DNA from: Lobosporangium transversale
Taxonomy: Eukaryota
Assembly (NCBI RefSeq): GCF_002105155.1
Contig: NW_019029013.1
Span: 310,001-374,000 of the forward strand
Reading direction: 5' to 3'
Length of the DNA stretch: 64,000 bases
The translations under genes were made by a program, and so were the position numbers. A model generated the notes under the pieces. It was not told where the DNA came from, did not search any database, and saw only the letters and a list, made by a program, of their open reading frames with translations. This document shows, one piece after another, positions 1 to 13,755 of the stretch. Position 1 is the first letter of the stretch, and every line of letters starts with the position of its first letter.

Positions 1-1609
1 GGGCATGTTTGATCTGTTTGCTTTTGTGAAGAACATTTATGAACGTAAATCTTTTGTCGATCGTATGGATTAGGATTACTTCAGGTATAGTTTAAGAAAG
101 AAAGAAAAGAAATAGAATGTCAATCCTTGTTTTTACAATCATCCATAATGTACCATTGCCGAGCAAATCTCTATTTTCGACATCACCAGCGTCACCAGCA
201 CCATCGGGAGAATGATGATTCGATCGGCTAAAAAAAAAAAAAAAAAAAAAAAAAGACGGATACACATGGAGACATGAGGATGATCTGTCGGGGATGATTC
301 CCAATGGCTTTGTACTTTAACCATATGGCCATGTGGTGTGTAGAGTGTGTAGTGCGAAGGGAGGGGCAGAACGGTCCCTGAACAGGGTTATTGGTGATCC
401 ATTCAAATCCTTGGAATGAGAAGGACCAGAAGATCTGACTCCACAAAACAAACAAGCATAATCATATGATTTCTTTTTTCTTTGCTGCATGTAACATTTA
501 CATCCTCCCGTTGAAGTGCTCTTTCTTCTCCGCATTCTTCCTCATTTAGAAATGGCCCCGCAAAAAAAAAACGTTAAAAAAAGAAAGATCTATTACGTGC
601 AAACTGAGTCAAGTGGGGACATGTGAAGGTGTCACCAATGCAATTTCTGTGAGCAAGAACGAAACGCGAACCAGCCCAGAAAAAAAAAAGTGAACACAAA
701 ACATGCCATGACTCCATTCCATGGCATGTTAAAAAACGATTAAAGGGAACCAGTCATGTTCTGTGTCTCTACCAATATCCACCATCTTGTACTGTACATA
801 AATATGTACATGTACATGTTCTATGCTTAGAAAGGGCGAAGCGAAATGGAGATGATTGCGCGCTCTCGTTCACTATTGGATCCTATTACGATTTCAAAAT
901 TAGCCATGTACATGTAACAGATTTTGTCATTCTGTCATAAGTAGTTCTTTGTTCCAACGAACAAAGTTTATACAGTACAAGGAGAGTAGTAAAATGAAAG
1001 AAGATCTCTAATGTTTCTTCTCAGCAATTTACATACTTGCACTCACTAGGGATAAAAAGATGACATCCCAACATTCCGGTTGAGGATCTTACTCGGCTCA
1101 TGTGAGTTATATCGATCAATCTCCGGATACCATGATTTTAATTTTTATTTTTTTTCTATCGGATCATCTTGGGTCTCGAGACGTAGCATTATGAATCTTA
1201 GACAAACCAGCTAGTGCTGAACTGATGGATGAAGACGGACAAGACGAAAAAAATAAGAATAAAAAGAAAGTCAGGGTACATGTGGATGAATGTTTTACAA
1301 TTGTATTACTTTCTTAGTCATAGTTGTCTGTCTGTGAATACGAGGATGAGCCCTTTGTTTTTCTTTAGTGAACCACACCAGTTGTTGCATAACTAAAGTG
1401 GATTTTAATAGTTTCCTTTTGAAGGAAAGCCTTATTTTGTTTTAACAGTTCGATTGGTGTCAATGTCTGCTGATTGTTCAACTTGAGGTGATCTAATAAA
1501 TACTCACACTCTCGACGATTCTTTCTCTCTTCATTTTTATTTCTCACTCTCACTCTCACCCCTACTCTCTCTCAGAACTTTTTTTTGCAACACACTTCTA
1601 AATTCCAAG

Positions 1610-2392
1610 ATGGCATCCTCAATTCGCACCGCTGCCTCAGCTCTTCCCCGCGTCCCAATGACCCGTATTCCCCTCGTGGTCTTTGCCAACTCCCATGTTA
1701 GCCCTGCAAGTCTTGCCAGCGTCAACGGTGCTCACCCCAGCGCGTTCTCATCCATGACCGCTCACAAGGACACCAAGACTGGTAACACCTGGGTTGACAA
1801 TGCCAAGAAGGTGGTTGAAAAGTTAGAGCAATCTGCTCAGAAACTTGCTGGCACTATGGACAAAACCACACAAAACTATTTGAACGAGGTAAAGCAATTT
1901 GAACATGCGGAAGATGATCTCTGGAAGGATGTGGGACTTGCAGTGAACTCTAAACATGCACATGAGAAGGCGACAGCAGCAAACATGATGCCAAATAGCC
2001 ATTATCCCATAAGTCATAATCAAAGCGGCGGCAAGACCATCAACAACAATGACAGACTAATGACAGAAGACGCGACTTCGTTTGAAGACCCTTTTGTGGA
2101 CCAAATTCAGGCAGATGTGATATATTCGGACTCGAAGGTCAAAAAAGATAGCATTCATCATCAGGAAATGCTCTATAGCCTGCTCGAAGAGCTGAAGGTA
2201 TGGGGATCCCCATCCTCTTTCTTCCCTCTCACGAGCCCTTCATGCGAATATCAATGTGATTGTCTTTTTTTTCCTACCACAGTCTGCAGAAAAGACTCTC
2301 ATCTAAAAATGAAGTGCTGTATGATTCCTTTTACTTTTTACTGGCTGTTGTTAAACAGCAACCAGCAGATGAAGGACACCACTTTTTTCTAA
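1610..2392 (+). CDS. Hypothetical protein, possibly mitochondria-targeted; probable intron from 2198
   Basis: ORF with an Arg/Ser/Ala-rich N-terminus (MASSIRTAASALPRVPMTRIPL) and coding-like composition up to a GTATGG donor at 2198. The acceptor (about 2358-2368) and the last exon are ambiguous. Confidence 0.6.
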   Translation: MASSIRTAASALPRVPMTRIPLVVFANSHVSPASLASVNGAHPSAFSSMTAHKDTKTGNTWVDNAKKVVEKLEQSAQKLAGTMDKTTQNYLNEVKQFEHAEDDLWKDVGLAVNSKHAHEKATAANMMPNSHYPISHNQSGGKTINNNDRLMTEDATSFEDPFVDQIQADVIYSDSKVKKDSIHHQEMLYSLLEELKVWGSPSSFFPLTSPSCEYQCDCLFFPTTVCRKDSHLKMKCCMIPFTFYWLLLNSNQQMKDTTFF

Positions 2393-3139
2393 TAAGGCTC
2401 AACAACCATTTGCCTTATTGATCACATTGTATTTACCTCTTTAAAAAAAAAAAGAGGAAAAAAAAAATAATTGGAGAGTCCTCTTTATTCCATTCTCCAT
2501 GAAGGGTAGAAAGGACAACAACTAAGATGTCAGAGCACAAAAAAAGAAAAGGACTAACCAATTCTATTCGGCTATTCTTATTTCTTTGACTTCTTTTAGG
2601 CTGACAAGCAGCAGACCAACTTGAGCAAGCATGCCTCAGATGCAATCCGTATGGTTGAGTCTCATAACGTGCTGAAGCAGGACAAAGCTCCCATTCATGC
2701 TATTCGCGATGAAGATCCCAGCCAGAAAGCTACCCATGCTGACAAGTAAAAAAAAAAAAAAGAAAGGCAAAGCGCCACATTTTACCCTTCTATCCTCGCA
2801 ACTGTATATACAAAACACATCTATTCTACCTCATTTTTTGAAATAAAAAAAAAAAAAGTGAATGAGGTCAACATCGCGTCAAATTTATCTCAAAGTGCAT
2901 CCTCTGATCACGAGTTGGGCGAGAGCAAGTCAACAGTCACCCTGTGAACTGTTATTATACAAGCTCTAATGAACTACATGTTCTTTTTCACTCCACACTT
3001 CATCATTCATCTCTTTCTCATTTGACAGCAAAAAAGAATTGTAAATACATCGTTGCAAAACTCATTTTATTTTCTTATTTCTTGCAAAAAAAAAAAAAAA
3101 GAAAAGAAAAAGTTGAATACATCGCTACATTCAAAGAAC

Positions 3140-3526
3140 ATGTCCAATTATCCGCCAGAGAAGCAGCAAGGCCCCTATGCCAACATTCCACAGGAAGGTC
3201 AAGGCTATAACAGTAATTACGGCCCACCACCTCCAGATATGAAGACAGGACAGAATTTTACGGGGGCACCCTATTATGGCGCACCAGTACCCATGGGCGA
3301 CGGTGGCGCAACAAGTGCCAGTGCTGGACCAGGGCATTTCTCTGGTGTTCAACCTGGACCACCTACAGAGTTTGTAGACCCAACAGTCCCACGTCCAAAT
3401 GACATCTTGCCTTTGCATCCAGCGATTATCCAACAGCGACAGATTGCAGCATCATTGCCTCCATGTTCAAAAGGAGGATACCATGAACTGAGAACACACC
3501 AGTATGTTTGATGCAGTAGTGGAGGG

Positions 3527-3584
<58 letters not shown>

Positions 3585-3926
3585 ATTGTTTTCCTGATGT
3601 TATTTTAAATGCGCTGTTTCGGGTCTTTTTCTGGACTATCCAAATTTTCTTACACTATTCATCGCTTTTACGTTTTTCATCCATGACCGAGCCGAACGCC
3701 ACCACAGCCCATTTGTATACCATATTTATTAAAAGAAAAACTAACCAAAACAACATGTTTCTTTCTGTTACTTCTTTTTCTCTCTTGTAGTGCTTTAGGG
3801 TTCAATGCTGGAACATTCTTGTCAGTGATTTGCTTCCCGATTGTATGCTGTTGTGTCCGTGATGAAACGGTGTGTATCAAGTGTAATCAAAAGTTCGACA
3901 ACATTGTCCTTCCACGAATTAATTAA
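3140..3926 (+). CDS. Proline-rich small membrane protein, BRI3/LITAF-like Cys-rich C-terminus (exons 3140-3501, 3791-3926)
   Basis: Pro/Gln/Tyr-rich N-terminus. Splicing GTATGT..TTGTAG gives PPCSKGGYHELRTHHALGFNAGTFLSVICFPIVCCCVRDETVCIKCNQKF (Cys, hydrophobic segment, CxxC). Confidence 0.75.
3528..3578. repeat. (TTA)17 microsatellite inside an intron
   Basis: Perfect TTA tandem repeat. Confidence 0.95.
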
Positions 3927-6496
3927 ATAGCTTGTAGACCAAAAAAAAAAAAAAAAAAAAAAAAGGTCTGTTGCATTTAAAAAAAAAAAAAAAATTAAGT
4001 CCGGTAAATGAATATTATACAAGTGTAAAGTGCACAAAATTGACTGTAAAAAAAATCAATTGTGACACTGGATTCATTCTTGTACGACTTTTTGACGATC
4101 AAAAGATCTACAATGCAGCCCCTCCTCATCCAGCCAGCCAGCTTTGACTTTTGTTTAGAAATTCTTTATTTGTTACACTCTTCATAACGGTTCTAAGCAA
4201 ACGACCATCCATACTATTTGATCGTACTATCGAATCTTCACCAGTCTTATTTATCTAAAGTCAAGAAAACCCCTGTTCAGGATCCAAAAAAAAAAAAAAG
4301 ACAAGAGGAATGTGTTAGGATAGATCGATCTTTGTTTGGATCGTTTGGTATTGTGTAATCAATTCCTTTGTCTCTTCATTGTAGCTTTATATAATAGGAT
4401 CAGAAGATAAATTTCTCCTCATCAGTACTGCACAGCAGTATCTGTAGGAAGAACGAAAGTTATAATTTTTTGGTTCCTCATCATTTGTCCCTTTGTAAAA
4501 ATATAAGCAATATATAAGAAAAAAAAAGAGGGGGGGGGAGGAGGAGGAAGGAATGGAAAAGATATAGTGGTGTAATTCTTGACAAACAAACTTACAGGAC
4601 AAGTGGATGCAGATTATCAATGAGAGGATATGTGTTTTTATGATTGGGGAGGAGGAGAAGAAGAAGAGAAAAGGGAGAAAAAGAGAAAGACATTGCAATG
4701 GAATTTATAACCAGGAAAACTTTTTTTCTTCAGACCAAAAACAGTTTTGTTATTGTTTTTAAGCCACCCACCTACTAGGCTTCCCCTCCTTTTCCTTGTC
4801 CTTTCTCCAGTTATGGATCCATAAGATAACTTGGGCGGATCTGCTTGCTGAGGTAGCCATATACAACACCACAATTATCCTTTACGGCTACCACATCTCG
4901 ATGTTGGAAAAACAGAAGCTCCGTTGAAAGTGATACTCCTTTTTCTCTTCTCCATTCACAGCGCTGTACTACGAACGAGGCTGATGCATGACTGATATGT
5001 AGAGTTATGATAGGCAATAAGTAAATAGGTCTATTAGCACATCCAATCGGGCTCGATCATAGGCGAAATAAAGACAAAGAATGGACGAAGCTGTCTGTTT
5101 GCGCCCAATTGTGGTATGCCTTATTCTATCTTTCTTGCTGCTTAAACTCATTCATTATCGTTCGGATATTACCAAGTCGATCGATCAAAGTAGACATTCT
5201 TAATGCCATGAAAAGGCTTTTGGTTAATGCTGAACTGATCACTATCAAACGCCTTACTCTTTAGTCGGTCGTGCTATTAGTACGAATCATTCAAGTCCAT
5301 ACCTGACCTGAGTGTCGCCACACTCTTGTTTGGCCATTACCGCCGGATACAATGCAGAAAGCTCTGAGCTAGGAGACGAAGGATACAGGATTCGGATGGC
5401 AGCCTTATAGACGAGCTTATTCTGCGATATCAGCCGCCATAGCATACCTGAATCCCTGAAAATAGCCACGTCGTTTAAATTTGCCTCTTTCGCTATCTGG
5501 GGAAACCTACTTTGGATTTGCATAATACAACTTGTTGTATATCCGACAGGATGCATAGTAGCTGCTATTGCTATTGATTATCAAGACCGAGATAAATGCA
5601 TACATGTGTCTTGTCAAATTCAATAATGCCTGACAGTGCATTGGAGCATTACAGACAGTGATAGACATAGCCTCAGGTGACGGATATTGGAGATAGTTAA
5701 GGAGCCACTCTAAGCTTACATGTGTACAATATAATCATGCCATGTTGTTCTCTTTAAATATATATGTATATGTATATACATATATATATATATCTATATT
5801 TTTTATATTTTATATTTTCTTGAGCAGTGGTCTGTGGACATTTTCTCCTTTCTCGCTTTCTTATCTTCCGGCACCGCTTCATCAAAAAAAATCCACCAAT
5901 GTTTTTTATTTAATAAATCGGAAACGATGGGTTGCGCACGGACGATCGGTTTTTTGGATTCGGAGCTTCAAAAGCGTTACTTGCTCTCATGTATTGGGTC
6001 TTGTCTTGAGAGCTCCAACGCATCTTTTTTTTTTCCTTCACCATACTACATGTATATGATCTGGACCATAGTCTAATGTTCAAATGCATACCGACAAGAC
6101 ATGTATATAGTATATATATATATATAATATATATACATGAATAACGTTGCAATAAGTATAGATATATACAAGCCTGGGCGTGACGTTCAGGTCATTAAAA
6201 TGACACCTCTCTTTATTGCCTAGCTTATATAATCCATATATGAACCCCATTCGATAAGTAATAAGCCATCCCAGCATATCACATAATTAAGCAATGTGGA
6301 CTACATCCAATTCTCACTCTCAGTCATCATTTACAATAAATATACTGCAAAGACAGGATAAGACATTGAGGAGATTGTTATATGGGGCGGGATTAATGGA
6401 AGATTGTCATGAGCTCTAATAGGTGCTCGGAATCATTGGGTTCCACCCTAATTGATTTTTTTTTTTCTTTTCTTTTTTCTTAACCGACCACAGCAC

Positions 6497-6529
<33 letters not shown>

Positions 6530-9500
6530 GCGGCTGATATAAATGTATATTTGTATACCCATCTTTTCTGATGACACTAATTGACCGGTAGAAGGAGGCC
6601 TCGGCCTTTTTTTTTTATATATATCTGGCCCTGAAAAGAAGAACAAAGTTCATCTACCGATCTCTTAACCCATATCAGAAACGTAAAGATAAAAATATAA
6701 ATGGATAAATCTATAATGGATGAATAACAATCCTCTTTCATTTTTGAATCTATTTGACGGGTACAATTTCGAATCTGATGAAGAATGAGTTGTTTTTTTC
6801 CCTAGTTCGTATATACCATATAATATGTCAATATACCCATCAAGTTTCGTAAAGAAGTAGAGATGTATGACATTCAAATATTGCGATGGATTGAGGATGA
6901 TCTCGCTTGCTGATGATCAAATAAAAGTGTATATCTATATATATATTTATGTATACAGCAATCCCTATCTCTATCTCTATCCTTATCCATGGTGCATCAT
7001 TTGACGAATTCTCAGCGTAGGTTTTTCTTCTTTGTTCCAAGGGTTCCAAGGGTTCCAAAAGAGTAATTTCGTCTTATAAAGTTGCAACTTCGATTCTATT
7101 TAATAACCTAAACTTTAAACTGAAACTATATTTTTTATGGCTCTTTTTTTTTTTTTTTTTTTTTGGTTCTGACGTTAACATGTGCAATTAAAGAGTATAT
7201 TTTGTGTAAATCATCTTTTATTAGTCCTTCGCGTCTAATAACACTAGCAAAAGGGGGGAGAGACAGAGATTTGTTTTTGCGCCAGAAAACACTCTTGTGT
7301 CTTTATTCTTTCATGCTTGATTGCAGAAGCTCATGTACCCTTGTGGCATAATGCAGCTTCCCATCGCGCCTCAATGGCAAAAAAAAAAAAAAAAAAAAAA
7401 AAAAGCGCATCCTATACTTGATATTTCTCCATATGCAAATGCTGTACCCTCAACGACTGCTCACATGCATGTATGCAATAATACAACCTTCTATGTTTTT
7501 CAAGCAGACTTTCTGTAACCATCTGTATCTGTATCTCTGCATAATACAGTAATATACACAACAAATGCTCGTTCGAGAAGCATAAAGGTAAACTTTTTTC
7601 TTATGAAAGTGCTCTCCAATTGATTCCAGATTCGGGATAATCGTGGGAGCGTGGAAAAAAAAAAAAAAAAATTAAAGCATCGTTTTCTTTTCCTTGGACG
7701 CCTTGTTTAGTTCATCCATTTATAATGTGCCTGTACACCAATGTAGAGGAACAAAAAAAAAAAAAAAAAAAAAAAAAACTAACAGGCGATGGTAGAAAGA
7801 ATAAAGACTCTTCATGATTAAAAAGAACATAGAAATGTGACATCAGAATGTCCGTGAACCTCTCCTTAACCTTGGTTGTCCCCCAAACACACACATGGGC
7901 AAACAAGAGTTGAAGAAAGACAAACAACAGAATGAGAGTGAAGTTGAAAAGGTAAACAACAATCATTAATGTATACAGTATAGAGGCTATGTAAGATCAA
8001 AAGAGGATGTAGATTTTGATAAAAAAGAAAAAAGAACTATATATGTATGTCGATGAGAACTTGCCTTGCTGGCCTGTTGGCTCTCAACCTTGGACTTTGT
8101 GGTTTAGTTGCACGCTACCAATTTTGCTCAGATGCGCATCATCCTGGACACACAACAATTGCCTGCATGTAATAAACAAAGAAGCAGAAGATGAAGCACA
8201 AAAAGTGGGGAGGAGAGGATAAAACATTGACGGACGGACACACCAAGATTGCAAGTAGGGGTTGACAAGAGTGAAGAAAACAAGAAAAACCAAATAGAAA
8301 CAGAGAAAAGGCTCATGTCGTACAAACGGACACCCTTTTTTCTCGTGTTGATTGATGATGGGCGATGAAAGAGACAAACTCGTGTTACAAACAAAGTAAA
8401 ATCAATGGATACTCTCTCTTCTTGACAAAAAAAAAACTTGTGAATTGCCTGATAGAAAGTAGGGGTTGAATCGATCTTTGGAAGAAAAAAAAAAATCCTT
8501 TTCAATCATTCTTTCACTCAGCATTGCATCGAATTGTCTGCACTTGATTTGAAGGAGATGAGACGACAAGAACCAAAAAGGAAGAAAGGACTTGTAGGAA
8601 CAAATAGGACATCTTTGATCAAGTAGGGGTAACAAAGCTGATCATACAAATCACTTTGGGATGTGTCCTACAACTATAAATGTATAAACGGAAATTCGAG
8701 GGAATATATTTCTTTACTTCAGCTCCTGCAGGTCGAGAGCCGAACTAAGATAAGAAAAAAAAAATTCAAGCAAGGTAAGCAAGCAAAAGGCCTGAATGGC
8801 TGGAAAGGACGGAGTGAGAATTATGAAGAAGACAGCTGTAAGCATGACACGATCAAGGGTTGTAATATACCGTATATACTTTTTCTCATCTCTTTTTTCT
8901 TTCTCTCTTTCTCTCCATCTCTCAATCTGTTGTTCATTTATTCATTTCATCGGATTGGGAAGCGAAAGGAAAGGAAAGGAAAAAGAAAAGGATGAAAGGA
9001 TGGAAAGGTAAGAACAGGACAGGAGAGGACAGGAAAGCAAGGGGAAAGCAGAGGAAAGGAAAGATTGATATTCCCGAACCCGGATGCAGGCTTTCTACAT
9101 TATCCAAGAATAACTGAAAAAGGATCAACAAAGACTACCGTCGACTGCAATCGTTTTATATATATTTGTACAGTACATGTACGCACGTAGAGATATATTA
9201 TACAAGTAAGCATACGAATATTCAACGAACCCATCGTCAACTCTTTTTTACGCCAGATGGTTTTTTTTACATCTGTTTGGATGTAAAAAGTTTTGAGTTT
9301 TGTGCTGCAATCTGGATCTAAAAAATTGGGTGAAATGGTTCTTTTTTTTAGCAGCTTATATATACACTATATATTTTTATACTTAGTTTTCCACGCGAAT
9401 ATAATGTCCCATCGTGTCATTAAAGGAGGTGGGAAAGAAGGAAGGTGATGGTCTTGACGTTTATACACCCGCCTCTTTCTTTTTTCGTCATGATCATGAC

Positions 9501-10640
9501 AAGGTATTTTTATAACTGAATCTTTTTTTTTTTTTTTTTTTTTTTTTTTGTTTTCTATTCACGAGAACATCGGTGTAAATTCAAAGGACACGACTTTATC
9601 CATTCCAAAACAAATATACACATCGCGTATATTTCAACAGTTGCTGCAACGTGGGTGTCAGCAGTGATCTTTAAGCTTTTTTTTTCCTCTCTTTCTTTAT
9701 TTTCTCATGCGTGATGATGACAAGGAACCCCTCTTTTCATCTCGTCTAACCTTTTTTATATTTTATTTTTTGCCGGCTGTATTACTTCTAAAGCTCGAAA
9801 GTTGTGAAAGTGTGAATGCAGTCTTAGTTCAGTCCAGTCCAGTCTAGTTTTTTTTTTTTATGTGTGTGATTTGCTTCTTAACATTTCCAGTATGTATTAA
9901 GTGTACAGATGACAGGAAGGAAAGTCTACGTCTTGACATATCCGGACTGGTCTAGTAGAAAAAAGAGTTTCCCAAAACAGATAAAAATATTCATGAATGT
10001 TTTTAGTGCCTGACCGGACATTCGAATGCTCGTCTGCTTACAGGCACCGTTTCGTAAGAGAACAAAAGATGTACAAGAGCGAAGGTGAGTTATTCGGACT
10101 TTTTTTTTATATTCTTATATTCATTTCTAATGGAGTGAATACAATTAAAATGTCTTTTATATATATAATTGCACAAACAATAACCCTGTCTTTTACTTGT
10201 AAATCAGAGCGATAGTCTAGCACGGACATGGATAACATTGAATGCGATTGAATAAAAAAGACTGCAGCTTTTCCCTTTCTCCAAATGAAAGGGAAGAGAA
10301 AAGAAAAATTGAGAAGGAGTGTGAGAGGCGGATCACCTCGCATGCTGTCTATCCCAAATTCCGCCCCGAAGTATTGAAAAGGTCAAAGTGATGCATTTGT
10401 TCGAATTCCTTTTTCTTTCTTCTTTTCCATTCAGTCTTCATTCCTTGCTCTTCATTCTTCTTTCTCTCTTCTCTCTTTCTTTCTTTGCTTTTCTCTACCC
10501 CAAACTCTTCGTTCGTGTGTGCGTTTACTTTGTCATCTTTCATACCCTTTTTTCTTTCTTTCTTTTTATTATACATATCTTATTCCTTCGCACGCTTGTC
10601 ATCTACCACTTTACAGATACACGTCAACCATCATACCATC

Positions 10641-12619
10641 ATGCCTGCTCCAATCCCAACTCCGAACATCAATATTACTTCGACAAATGTCCATTGTGAT
10701 GAACATTCCTCGGCCGCTTCTTCCTTTGGTGCATCTTCACTTCGGAGACAATCCCTGGCCTTGTCCTTCAATTCCTTTCATGCTTCACAACTGCGCCGTT
10801 CTTCTTTCCTTTCCCCTTTTTCATATTCACAGTCGCCTCAATTCTCAGAGTAAGTATTTCTTTGCCTTTTTTTATTTTTTGTTTGTAAATGAACTGTGCA
10901 TTATGAGGTGCATTTTGTGTTATAGTACAAATTGACTGATTTCTCTGTACTTGATTTTTTTTTTTTTTCTTTTTATGCATGTGTCCCCCCCTTTCCCTTG
11001 ATAGCCACAACGCCTTACTTGATTCGTACAGCTCCTCTCCAACCAGAGGTGATGTCTACGAGCGCGATCTAGAAACAAACTATTGCAAAAACTTCTCTTG
11101 CTGCGGCCTCACCCTCGGCGATTTACATGAGCTCTTACAGCACTATGAAGAAGCACATGTGCACTTTGAGGAGGGAGAAGAAGATGACATGTTGGCTGTG
11201 ATGGGTTTTATGGATGATGATGGCTGGTCCACACAATCCGAGTCAGCTCCTAACAGCCCTCAGATGATTAATAATAACAGCAATCACATCAATGCCGCAG
11301 CAGCAGCAACAGTCTCGGCTCTAACAGCATCAACCTATGGTGCCAAAAAGAAGACGAATGGGGTCTCATTATCCGACATTTACTCGGAAGACTCGCTTTT
11401 TATCCCAGACGAAGCCGTCTCTGCCTTCTCAAACTCTATTTTGAGAACAGCCACGCAAGCCAGCTCTACCACTTGTAAGAAGCGAGACCTCGCTGCCTTC
11501 TCCTCTTCATTTGACACACATAGTCCGCTTGCCAAGAAGCCAATCTCGGCACTTCATTCCTCCAAGACCTCCTTCTCCACCAATGCTACCGCTGCCGCTG
11601 CTCTCACTGCTGCCTCACTCATGAGCGATCTCCAGTCTTCGGCAGCCTCCAAGGGCGTCATTGCTGCAACTAGCACAATGGCCGCGTTGGCCAGCCAGGA
11701 TGAGCTCATGAGCTCCGTCACTGGCTACTTGGAACAGGCGATCCAGCGCGGATTGCTTCCTAACTGCGGCGAAGTTGGTTCCCCCAGTTATTTGCTTGCA
11801 GTCGAAGAGTTACTTCGTAAGCGGGACGAGATCGTTAGCATGATGGAGAACATTGGCAGACCCGGTACCGCAGGGGCGGACAAGCCTTATCGATGCAACG
11901 TCAACGGGTGCGACAAGGCCTACAAGAATCCTAACGGCCTCAAGTACCACAATCAGCACGGACATAGTGTTCAGCCTGGATCCACCGAAGATGAAAAGGC
12001 TGGCTCAAAGCCTTATCGCTGTACTTTTATGGACTGCGGCAAGTGTTACAAGAATTTGAATGGTCTCAAATATCACATCGAGCATTCGCATCCCAACCTA
12101 GCGGCTGCTCTCTACGCTAATATCCCTGGCTTTACAAACTTGGAGGGAAGCAATGCCAGCCAGGCTGCCATCACTGCTGCCGCTGCCATTGCCGCAGTCA
12201 AGGGTGATAGCATCATGATGAGTGCTATCAATGCAATTATTGCATCCGCTGCCAATAACGGCAATCGTCCAGTGTCATCCTCGCCCAGCGACCATACCCC
12301 TGATTCCAGTCCTAACACAAGCCCTGTGCTCGGGCCCACCGCCTTTCATGCCACAGAGAATCCCTTCTCCACGGACGTATCCCCAATCGCATCCCCCCTC
12401 CTTTCCCGTGCTACTCTTCCCAACTCGACATTGTCGATCCAAACAACTGTTGGTGGCACTAAGGACGTTCCTCTCAGGTTAGCGGGATTGATGACTCCCT
12501 CGTCACTCTCACCCACTTTGGTGGCTACTCCAAAGTCTCCGCTTAACGGCTCACAGGTTTCGACACTAACGGCTGCACTGGCTGCAGTCGCCGTTGAACA
12601 GCAACGTTCTCTGCAGTAA
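10641..12619 (+). CDS. SFP1: Sfp1-like C2H2 zinc-finger transcription factor (exons 10641-10849, 11005-12619)
   Basis: The motif RDLETNYCKNFSCCGLTLGDLHELLQHYEEAH and two KPYRC..CxKxYKNxNGLKYH fingers are characteristic of Sfp1. A GTAAGT..ATAG intron keeps the frame. Confidence 0.85.
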
Positions 12620-13197
12620 CTTTTTTTATTTTTTCCTTATTTTATTTTTTTCTGCTGGTAATATCAGAGTGGAGTAAACAGTTGAGGCGTATCATGCAGC
12701 GTCCCCGCCGTAGAGAGAGGCAAGGTTTACTTGCTGAAGCATCTCTTTGGGTCATCTTGAGGATGACTGGAGAACAAGAATTTTTTTTTATCTGGACATC
12801 CCAGTGCGTCAGGATTAGTCCGATGTATACTTTTTCATGCAATTGTATTTTTTTCATTTCTGTATTTTGTTTGATCCACACGTGTATAATTCCCATCGTT
12901 TCCCCCCCTTCATACAGCTCTCTGGTCTTCTTAGCATTCAATCGTATATAGCCATTTTCTGTTGCTCTTGACTTGAGCTTATTGTTTACTATTATCGAAA
13001 TAAATATATAAATATAAATACACATACAGTACATACAAATATACAATTATTTTTTCCAATGCTGCATGTCTTTTACTGCTTTACGAAACTTGATCGGGTG
13101 GCTTGTTTTGACTAAATACTTGACGAAATTTTTTTTTTTATTTTTCACCATTCGCATCATCGCGACACAGACCACATAACATTCTACTCGCTTTGCA

Positions 13198-13232
<35 letters not shown>

Positions 13233-13755
13233 TGGGAATACAATATAAACACGCTTCTTTTTTCCCCTCAATTGGTCGATATACTTTCTTTACATCATCC
13301 TTATATACAATCAATCTTTAAATTTCATTCACCTTTTTTTATACAGTCATCCAAGGTACATTAGCTTGATGCATGTGACATGGAAACTATGCATTCTTTT
13401 TTTATCGACACACAGCACACAACACACAACACTTTTTTTTTTTTTTTTTTTCTCTGCCGCATGAGATTCAGGAACACGGAATTGACGCGTTTTTTTTTTG
13501 TTGCAATGCTTTGTCAAGGTTCTATAGGCTCTCGAGTTCAAAACCAAAAAAAAAAAAAAAAAACCTGATCCTTTCTTTTTCTTTACTTGAAACTAGCGAA
13601 CTACCAAGGAGCAGGTGGATATAGACGTAAAAAAAAAAAAGAAAAGAGAAAAAAAAGAAAAGGAAATCTATAAGGTTGAAAGATCATATCATTGTCTCTT
13701 CTATTATCAACACTCCGAGACTCTTTTTTGATCGAGACTTCTTTTCCAGAGGCAA

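Noticed and set aside
92..545. Possible small spliced gene on the minus strand
   Set aside because: Several short alternative ORFs run through a poly-T tract with no recognisable motif.
4800..5700. Short minus-strand ORFs with coding-like composition
   Set aside because: No recognisable domain or consistent splice structure. It may be a decayed gene but cannot be supported.
5742..10400. Many 60-125 aa ORFs rich in F/K/I/Y
   Set aside because: These are translations of poly-A/T and TA-repeat intergenic DNA upstream of the SFP1-like gene.
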